From: Syntrophales bacterium
GTDB taxonomy: Bacteria; Desulfobacterota; Syntrophia; Syntrophales; UBA5619
DNA: 32,000 bases
NCBI GenBank assembly: GCA_023229765.1
Contig: JALNYO010000022.1
Coordinates: forward strand, 1-32,000
Direction of reading: 5' to 3'
Shown here: positions 25,902 through 32,000 of the stretch, piece after piece
Numbering within the stretch: the first letter of the stretch is position 1
How the letters are laid out: each line of letters starts with the position of its first letter
Translations under genes and position numbers: made by a program
Notes under the pieces: model-generated
Seen by the model: the letters and a program-made list of their open reading frames with translations, nothing else
Databases searched by the model: none
What the model was told of the DNA's origin: nothing

Positions 25902-26241
25902 CTGTTCTCGTTAGCAGCCGACTCTCAAGCTCAGCGTAAACATCCTTATATTTCAATTGTGAAATGCCCCTTTTGGCGATTACCACGATATCGTGCGCTG
26001 CCGGAAGTCTTTCTTTGTTCAGCCGGAAAAACTCCCGTAAAAGACGTTTGATTCGGTTTCTTTTAACGGAGTTTCCAACTTTCTTGCTTACCGTGGTTCC
26101 CAGTCTTCTTGTATTGGTCTGATTAGGGCAGGTGATGATGGTGAAGTTTCTGGTGTAAACCCTTTTACCCTGATCATAGATTCGCAGGTAGTCCTGCCTT
26201 TTTCTGATCCGCTCTTCTGGTTGAAACGATTGAGATTCCAT
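25894..26241 (-). CDS. rnpA: Ribonuclease P protein component RnpA
   Basis: 115-aa basic ORF with [28 protein letters not shown]. Conserved position downstream of rpmH. Confidence 0.85.
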   Translation of the reverse strand: MESQSFQPEERIRKRQDYLRIYDQGKRVYTRNFTIITCPNQTNTRRLGTTVSKKVGNSVKRNRIKRLLREFFRLNKERLPAAHDIVVIAKRGISQLKYKDVYAELESRLLTRTDV

Positions 26242-26296
26242 TCAAGTTGCCCCCCGTGAAAGGGGCTGGTTATCCCCGCCTGAAACTGTAAATCCC

Positions 26297-26434
26297 TTAA
26301 ACCGTCAGCCGTTTGCGGCCCTTTGCCCGCCTTCGGCTGAGGACATTCCGACCGCCCTTGGTGGCCATGCGCACCAAGAACCCATGGGTGCGTTTTCTTT
26401 TGGTATTGCTGAATGTGGTCAATGTCTTCTTCAT
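26297..26434 (-). CDS. rpmH: 50S ribosomal protein L34
   Basis: Hand translation of the - strand gives [45 protein letters not shown] (45 aa). GGAGA SD lies upstream. It is absent from the ORF track because it is shorter than 60 aa. Confidence 0.9.
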   Translation of the reverse strand: MKKTLTTFSNTKRKRTHGFLVRMATKGGRNVLSRRRAKGRKRLTV

Positions 26435-26583
26435 TTTATATTCTCCAAATCCGATGTTTATTAGTGAGGCTCTAAACCATAGTCACGATAATTTGTCAAG
26501 CAATATGAAGGCCTGCAACAGTGAAGCATGGTAAACAAAATTCGCGTTTAAGCATCAATGATATAAAGGGCAAGGCGTCATAT

Positions 26584-27024
26584 TTACTTTTCAAGGATGT
26601 ACAGGAATTTTGATACGGTGAGGATTGATACATCGTATTGTTTCAGGAAAGACGAAACTTCTCTGTCATGTTTAAGATCATCATCACGGGTGACGAGATA
26701 TTCAACATGGCCTTTGATGGCTGTTTCGAGAACCATATCATCGTTTTTGTCCCGGCATAATTGCAGATCGCCGGAAATTTGAACAGATTCCGATCGTTCT
26801 TCAAGCAATATGAGTAGTTCTTCTATATCAGCAGCAGTGAGGCCATATTTATCCTTGATCCGGGGGCGGTTGAGCACTTCGGCCAGCTCCACGAACATCT
26901 GTTCGGAAATGACGGGTTGAAACAGACCTTCTGTAAAGGATTTGCGCAGTTTGGACGGGAACCCGAAGGGATTCAATATGGCGGAAACCCATATATTTGT
27001 ATCGATAACGGCTCTAACGGCCAT
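26584..27024 (-). CDS. PIN-domain toxin (VapC-like; putative TA-system toxin component, PIN family)
   Basis: 146-aa ORF. AVIDTNIWVSAI N-terminus carries the first acidic PIN residue, and later acidic residues occur (LETAIKG...LVTRDDDL). It overlaps the upstream antitoxin gene by 11 nt. Confidence 0.8.
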   Translation of the reverse strand: MAVRAVIDTNIWVSAILNPFGFPSKLRKSFTEGLFQPVISEQMFVELAEVLNRPRIKDKYGLTAADIEELLILLEERSESVQISGDLQLCRDKNDDMVLETAIKGHVEYLVTRDDDLKHDREVSSFLKQYDVSILTVSKFLYILEK

Positions 27025-27253
27025 TCTTTTCTTCCCGAACTTCGGCGATAGCTCTTACGATATCGGATTCTATCACCGCGGAGCCTTGCAGGGTGGATTT
27101 CTGGTGAATTTTTTTGATGATTCGGTCAAACCGGCTTTGCCAGTCATCACGGGAGACAACTTTCATCGTCACCTCTTCGTGTTCCTTCATCTCTATGTGT
27201 TGTATGGGCTTGAAAACGCCGTTTTCAAAGACTGCCGTAAATACCTGTTGCAT
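27014..27253 (-). CDS. AF2212-like/DUF104-type antitoxin
   Basis: N-terminus MQQVFTAVFENGVFKPIQHIEMKEHEEVTMKV matches the YENGVFKP motif of AF2212-like antitoxins. ATG at 27253 has a GGAGG SD 8 nt upstream. The track ORF starts 13 codons earlier. Confidence 0.65.
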   Translation of the reverse strand: MQQVFTAVFENGVFKPIQHIEMKEHEEVTMKVVSRDDWQSRFDRIIKKIHQKSTLQGSAVIESDIVRAIAEVREEKNGR

Positions 27254-27330
27254 GAGTTTTCTACCTCCATGATTATTTAAAATCTGATACATTATTTTCC
27301 CAGTAGTTATGTGAGACTTGCAACACCTCT

Positions 27331-27359
27331 ATAATAGAAGGAATTGAACGTGCAGTCAA
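27331..27359 (-). promoter_or_regulatory. Sigma-70-type promoter for the antitoxin-toxin operon
   Basis: On the - strand: TTGACT (27359-27354), a 17-nt spacer, then TATTAT (27336-27331). This is about 75 nt upstream of the antitoxin ATG. Confidence 0.5.
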
Positions 27360-27561
27360 GAAATTTGGGAAGGCGCCATAAAGGGCTGTCGCCGGTTTGA
27401 TTTTTTTCTTGCTTTTGTAACGGGGGATATAATAATCGACTTACTGGTTACGGTTGAAGTGTGAGGCAGGTTTACCGTATATTCAGCAGTGGCTGATAGA
27501 GCGGAAAAGAAGATTGAAAGCGCTTAAATAATTGATTAAATAACGGAAAGGAGAAAAAAAT

Positions 27562-28569
27562 ATGAAAAAGCTGGCATTGGGGATAATTCTATCCGTCATT
27601 ACGGCTGCGGGTGCGTTCGCGGCGGAGCCGGGGGCGGCGCTTGCAGAAAAGGCGAAGGCGGAGGGCAAGGTTGCCTTTTACGCGAACATGACCGCCATTG
27701 AGCCGATCATCGCGGATTTTGGGAAAAAATACGGCGTGAAGGCGGAGTACACGAGGCTTTCCACAACCAAGTTTGTGGCGACGATCATGACGGAGCACGC
27801 CGCCGGAAAGCTGACCGCCGATGTCCTGCAGGCGCCGGTTCCGGTGCTCGAATTCTTGAAGGAGAAGGGGGTTATTGCCTCCTACGTCTCGCCTGCCGCG
27901 GCCGGTTATCCGAAATGGGCGAACACCGACGGCAAAATTCAGCTCTTCGGGATTGAATACGCTGCCCTCATCTACAACAAGGAACTGGTAAAACCGGCTG
28001 ATGTTCCTAAAACATATCAGGATTTGACCGATCCCAAATGGAAGGGGAAGATCGTCATGGCCGATCCCGCCACCCATCCGACGACCATTTCCTGGCTGGT
28101 TGGTCTGAAGGAAAATGTTATCAAGTCCGATGCCGAGTGGATGAAATTTCTCAAGGGGCTGGCTGCGAACGACCCCATGTTCGTCGCATCGTTCGGTCCG
28201 ACCCCCGCCCCGATTGAAAGCGGCGAGAAGCTGATCGGCATCTCGATGCCAAAATATATTGTTACCAAGGCCCCGGCGCCGCTCGATTGGGCGCATGTTT
28301 CGCAGCCGATGATGGGAACGCCGCGCGGGATTGCGATTGCCGCCAAGGCGCCCCACCCGAATGCGGCCCGTCTGTTTATGGACTACTGGCTCTCCAAGGA
28401 AGCGATGACCATCATGGCCGCCAAGGTCGGCGAATATGTTCTTACCCCGGGCGTTTACCCGCCGATCGCCGGGATCGACAAGGCGAAGGTCATCCCGATC
28501 CGGGAGCTTTCCGATGAGGAGATCAAGAGCTGGGGCAAGGAATTCAAAAAGATTTTCGCGAGACCGTAA
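27562..28569 (+). CDS. ABC transporter periplasmic substrate-binding protein (Fe3+/polyamine-type, SBP family 1)
   Basis: 335-aa ORF with a signal peptide (MKKLALGIILSVITAAGAFAAEP). Body resembles iron(III)/extracellular solute-binding proteins. AAGGAG SD present. Confidence 0.8.
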   Translation: MKKLALGIILSVITAAGAFAAEPGAALAEKAKAEGKVAFYANMTAIEPIIADFGKKYGVKAEYTRLSTTKFVATIMTEHAAGKLTADVLQAPVPVLEFLKEKGVIASYVSPAAAGYPKWANTDGKIQLFGIEYAALIYNKELVKPADVPKTYQDLTDPKWKGKIVMADPATHPTTISWLVGLKENVIKSDAEWMKFLKGLAANDPMFVASFGPTPAPIESGEKLIGISMPKYIVTKAPAPLDWAHVSQPMMGTPRGIAIAAKAPHPNAARLFMDYWLSKEAMTIMAAKVGEYVLTPGVYPPIAGIDKAKVIPIRELSDEEIKSWGKEFKKIFARP

Positions 28570-28650
28570 TCTTTTGTCTCCGCCTGTTTTTATCTCTCAA
28601 TGTTCCGGGAGTTTGTGCAACGCTTCCGGAACATTTCAGGAAATGCAATT

Positions 28651-29739
28651 ATGGAAATAACGATCAGAAATCTCTGTAAAAACTACATCGTGGAGAAAAA
28701 GAGTTTTGCGGCGCTCGATCATATTGATCTGACCATCCCCGCCAACAGGATTTTTACGCTTTTGGGCCCCAGCGGCTGCGGCAAGACCACGCTTTTGCGG
28801 TGTATCGTGGGTTTGGAGATGCCCGACGCAGGGGAGATTGTCATCGGCGACGAGGTGGTTTTTTCATCGCAGAAAGGTATTTCGCTGGCGCCGGAGAAGC
28901 GGGGCTTGGGGATGGTCTTTCAAAGCTACGCCATCTGGCCGCACATGAATGTATTCGATAACGTCGCCTATCCGTTGCAGACGCAGAAAATCCCCAAAGA
29001 GGAAATCGCCGAACGGGTGGAAAAGACGCTCCATTTTGTCCAGTTAGACGGATTCGGGAATCGTCCGGCGACGAAGCTCAGCGGTGGGCAGCAGCAGCGG
29101 GTCGCCCTCGCGCGGGCTCTGGCAGCGGAGCCCAAGGTGATTCTTTTCGATGAGCCGCTCAGCAACCTGGATGCAAAATTGCGGGAGGAAACGCGCAAGG
29201 AGTTGCGGAGGTTTCTGACGGAGCTTGCGATTACCGCTGTTTACGTTACCCACGATCGGCTGGAGGCCCTTTCACTGTCCGACAATGTCGCGGTTATGAA
29301 AAGTGGGCAAATTGTTGAGATCGGCACCCCCTGGGAGATCTATTTTGATTCCGATCGCCGTTTTGTCGCCGATTTCATCGGGCGCGTCAATTTCATCGAA
29401 GGCAGCATCGCGGAGGCCGGCCTCGATTTCACAGTTGTAAATTCGTCAATCGGCCCGATCGTCTGCGAAAAGAAGAAGGATTACCCTGTGGGCGGAAAAG
29501 TGACGGTCGGCATTCGTCCTGAGTTCATTACAACCTGCCGCGATAACCCCGGAAACGGTGAAAATATTTTCCGGGGGAAAATTGAATCCCTTGTTTTTGT
29601 CGGGGATGTCTGGGAGGCGGAGGTGCGGATCGAAGATACGCTGCTTGTGCTGCGCATCGATCCGACTCTGCCCATCGCCATGGGCGACGATATTTTTCTT
29701 CATCTGAATCGGCGTTACTGCTCGCTGTTGTTCAACTGA
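28651..29739 (+). CDS. ABC transporter ATP-binding protein (FbpC/PotA/MalK-type with C-terminal TOBE-like domain)
   Basis: Walker [11 protein letters not shown]-loop, signature [15 protein letters not shown], Walker B ILFDEPLS and an H-loop VTHD. The start at ATG 28651 (MEITIRNL...) is preferred over the track start at 28600. Confidence 0.9.
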   Translation: MEITIRNLCKNYIVEKKSFAALDHIDLTIPANRIFTLLGPSGCGKTTLLRCIVGLEMPDAGEIVIGDEVVFSSQKGISLAPEKRGLGMVFQSYAIWPHMNVFDNVAYPLQTQKIPKEEIAERVEKTLHFVQLDGFGNRPATKLSGGQQQRVALARALAAEPKVILFDEPLSNLDAKLREETRKELRRFLTELAITAVYVTHDRLEALSLSDNVAVMKSGQIVEIGTPWEIYFDSDRRFVADFIGRVNFIEGSIAEAGLDFTVVNSSIGPIVCEKKKDYPVGGKVTVGIRPEFITTCRDNPGNGENIFRGKIESLVFVGDVWEAEVRIEDTLLVLRIDPTLPIAMGDDIFLHLNRRYCSLLFN

Positions 29740-29776
29740 CCGCTCAATACTATAACAGGCAATAAGGCATATCCTT

Positions 29777-31456
29777 ATGAAAAAACAAGGTGCGATTCTC
29801 TCGCCGACGCTGATTGCAATAGTCGGCTTCCTGACGGTCTGTCCGGTTGTAATGCTTGCCCTCGGGAGCTTTAGCGAGGGGCTCGGCGCGTTCGGAACCT
29901 TTACGACGGCGAAGTATGTAAGCGCCTACACTGACCCTGAATTTGCAAAAATAATCATCAATACGGTCATCTTTACCGTTGGTTCGGCCATTGTCGCAAC
30001 GGTGCTGGCGCTCTTTCTGGCCTATCTGAACACCAGGACGAATATCCCGTTCAAGTTTCTTTTCCAGATCATCTCGCTCGTGCCGATGATGGTTCCCCAT
30101 ATCCTGTTTGCCGTGAGCTGGGTACTGCTGCTTAACCCGACCAACGGGATGCTCAATCTCTTTCTCCGCCAGATATTGGGGTTTGAGGCGATATCGTTGA
30201 ACATTTACACCTTGAAGGGAATGATTCTTGTGGAGGGACTCCTCGATCTGCCGATTGCCTATCTGGTCATCGCCCCGGCGATGTCGTCTTTTGACGTCTC
30301 GCTGGAGGAATCGTCCCGGGTCTGCGGGGCTTCGAATTGGCGCACCCTTTTTCGGATTACGCTCCCGGTGCTGCGCCCGGCGATCCTGGCTGCCGCGACG
30401 CTCGTTATCGTCCGCAGCATGGCCTCGTTTGCCGTTCCCTCCGTAATCGGCATGCCAGGAAGAATATATGTGCTGGCTACTCACATTTATCGCGTAGTGG
30501 CAACAGGTTACGCCACTGATTACGGTCTGGCGGCGGCAGTCGGGATGAGCGCGCTGGTCGCGTCGATTACGCTGATTTTCGTATATCGGCGTCTCACGAA
30601 AGAGGGGGAAAAGTACGTGACGGTCACCAGCCGCGGCTACCGTCCGAGTACGATTGACCTGAAAGGGGCGCGCTATCCGCTCTTCGGGATTGTTGGCGTT
30701 CTTTCCTTCATTCTGATAGTTTTGCCCGTCGCGGTGCTTTTCTACACGTCTTTAATCCCCTATTCCATGGCGCCGAGCGCGAAGGCGTTTGCCAGCATGA
30801 GCTGGCGGCACTACTTGGCGGTGCTGAACGATCCGGTTTCGCTTCTTTCCCTGAAAAACAGCCTGCTGCTCGGGGTCGGAGGCGCGACCCTCGGAATAGT
30901 CCTTTCGTTTTTTGTCGCCTATACAATCGTTAAAATAAGGTCAAAAGCCTCAGGATTTCTTGAATCTTTGAGCTTTTTTTCCTTTTCGTTCCCCGGCATT
31001 GTCGTCGGGATCGGCTTCATGTGGTTTTTTGTGCAGACGCCCCTCTATTCGACGATCTGGGCGCTCTTGATTGGTTACATCGCGACGTATCTTCCCTACG
31101 GGATCAGGCCGCTTACCAGCGCCTTTGTCCAGATCCACGGAAACCTTGAGGAATCATCCCGCGTTTGCGGCGGCGGCCCGCTCTACACGATGCGACGGAT
31201 CGTCCTGCCGCTCCTGGTTCCGGGAATCGTTTCGGGATGGATTTTGATGGCGACGATGTTTGTCCGGGAACTGAGCCTGTCCGTTGTCCTGTCCCGCCCA
31301 GGCACGGAGGTGCTTGCCGTGCAGATCTTGAGGTTTGCCGAAGATGGGCTCTGGGGAAGATTGTCAGCCCTGGGAATACTGATGATTTTCATTTCCACGA
31401 CGCTGGTGCTCGTCGCTTCGCTGCTTGGCAAGAGGCTGACAGCGGTAAAATCTTAG
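29777..31456 (+). CDS. ABC transporter permease, fused double BPD_transp_1 (FbpB-like iron(III)-type)
   Basis: 559-aa hydrophobic ORF with two EAA-like loops (LEESSRVCGASNWRTLFRITLP and LEESSRVCGGGPLYTMRRIVLP). This indicates an internally duplicated permease. Confidence 0.9.
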   Translation: MKKQGAILSPTLIAIVGFLTVCPVVMLALGSFSEGLGAFGTFTTAKYVSAYTDPEFAKIIINTVIFTVGSAIVATVLALFLAYLNTRTNIPFKFLFQIISLVPMMVPHILFAVSWVLLLNPTNGMLNLFLRQILGFEAISLNIYTLKGMILVEGLLDLPIAYLVIAPAMSSFDVSLEESSRVCGASNWRTLFRITLPVLRPAILAAATLVIVRSMASFAVPSVIGMPGRIYVLATHIYRVVATGYATDYGLAAAVGMSALVASITLIFVYRRLTKEGEKYVTVTSRGYRPSTIDLKGARYPLFGIVGVLSFILIVLPVAVLFYTSLIPYSMAPSAKAFASMSWRHYLAVLNDPVSLLSLKNSLLLGVGGATLGIVLSFFVAYTIVKIRSKASGFLESLSFFSFSFPGIVVGIGFMWFFVQTPLYSTIWALLIGYIATYLPYGIRPLTSAFVQIHGNLEESSRVCGGGPLYTMRRIVLPLLVPGIVSGWILMATMFVRELSLSVVLSRPGTEVLAVQILRFAEDGLWGRLSALGILMIFISTTLVLVASLLGKRLTAVKS

Positions 31457-31668
31457 GTCGTCTCCCCTATCCCTGCCGCTTCCTCGAACACGGCCTTGCC
31501 TTCACATACCCGACGATGGAGGCAGTCCTGAACGACCTGATAAATGCTTAATTTAATTTTCATGGTAAAATGGGGATATGCAATTACGATGTTTTCCCTA
31601 AAAAACTTGACACCCCGGTTATGTGCGTATATCCTCCCGCAAATTTTACTTTTGGATAATAGGCGGGG

Positions 31669-32000
31669 ATGGATAGGGAGACACTAAAATACTGGCTCGC
31701 GCTCAGGGCTGTTGAGGATGTCGGCTGCGTGGGTTTTCGCACGCTGCTTAAGGCCTTTGGGTCGCCCCGGGAGGTGTTTTCGGCCTCCGGGCAGACGCTG
31801 CGGGTAATTCCCGGCATCGGCCCGAAAACTGCCGATAACATCCGTTCGTTTTCGTCTTGGGGGGAAATTGAACAGGAGCTGGCCAACGCCGAAAAGATGG
31901 GCGTCGAGATAGTTGTCTGCACGGACCCCCGCTATCCCAATAACCTCTTAAATATATATGATTATCCGCCTTTTCTCTACGTGAAGGGCACGCTTCTGCC
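31669..32000 (+). CDS. dprA: DNA-processing protein DprA (Smf), 5' partial, runs off the window
   Basis: Hand translation from ATG 31669 gives MDRETLKYWLALRAVEDVGCVGFRTLLKAFGSPREVFSAS...IPGIGPKTADNI...YPNNLLNIYDYPPFLYVKG. This matches the DprA N-terminal HhH region and the start of the Rossmann-like domain. The - strand ORF at 31584-31922 is its shadow. Confidence 0.75.
   Translation, partial: MDRETLKYWLALRAVEDVGCVGFRTLLKAFGSPREVFSASGQTLRVIPGIGPKTADNIRSFSSWGEIEQELANAEKMGVEIVVCTDPRYPNNLLNIYDYPPFLYVKGTLL

Noticed and set aside
26313-26534. 73-aa + strand ORF
   Set aside because: It is antisense to the clearly identifiable rpmH (L34) gene, so it is a shadow ORF.
26435-26583. Expected oriC or DnaA boxes next to rpmH. 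The region also holds a TTGACA on the - strand (26499-26494) as a possible rpmH promoter.
   Set aside because: No TTATCCACA-like 9-mers are visible here or in 27293-27561. The TTGACA lacks a properly spaced -10 (TTTAGA at 17 nt), so neither an origin nor a promoter is called.
31457-31563. 37-codon - strand ORF (MKIKLSIYQVVQDCLHRRVCEGK...) between the permease and dprA
   Set aside because: It has no SD and no recognisable motif, and its end overlaps the permease stop. Support is insufficient.
31584-31922. 112-aa - strand ORF
   Set aside because: It is antisense to the + strand frame that translates into a clear DprA N-terminus, so it is a shadow ORF.

Overview
Chromosomal, mostly housekeeping or metabolic window from a moderately GC-rich bacterium. 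Gene content suggests an anaerobic Desulfobacterota/Syntrophia-like organism: acyl-CoA dehydrogenase, carboxyltransferase, sigma-54 two-component system, TRAP transporter. This taxonomic guess is unverified. Layout, left to right: (i) + strand: XRE/cupin regulator, acyl-CoA dehydrogenase, divergent GpsA-family dehydrogenase, a stand-alone TrpB2, a small Cys-containing protein and RarA. (ii) + strand: sensor histidine kinase plus NtrC-type sigma-54 response regulator. (iii) - strand: a six-gene operon dctP-dctQ-dctM-pxpA-pxpB-pxpC (TRAP transporter plus 5-oxoprolinase). (iv) - strand: a diadenylate cyclase fused to YbbR/CdaR domains. (v) + strand: CobB-type sirtuin plus NRDE/TANGO2-like protein. 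(vi) - strand: an orphan acyl-CoA carboxyltransferase, then the conserved cluster rpmH-rnpA-yidD-yidC-jag-mnmE. (vii) - strand: a PIN/AF2212-like toxin-antitoxin pair directly upstream of rpmH. (viii) + strand: an ABC importer (binding protein, ATPase, fused double permease) and the 5' end of dprA. No rRNA, tRNA, CRISPR array, transposase or integrase was seen. The most interesting signal is not in the ORF track. It is a 19-codon leader ORF with three consecutive Trp codons (MDSKNVMLFWWWRTISVCP), followed by a chain of mutually exclusive hairpins and a strong intrinsic terminator, directly upstream of the stand-alone trpB2. This reads as a ribosome-mediated tryptophan attenuator. Other items worth a second look: the CdaA-CdaR fusion, the TRAP-5-oxoprolinase operon with its nested intercistronic hairpin, and SD-preceded mini-ORFs flanking the two-component operon. 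All structure and homology calls were made by eye from the sequence and translations. Nothing was computed or searched.
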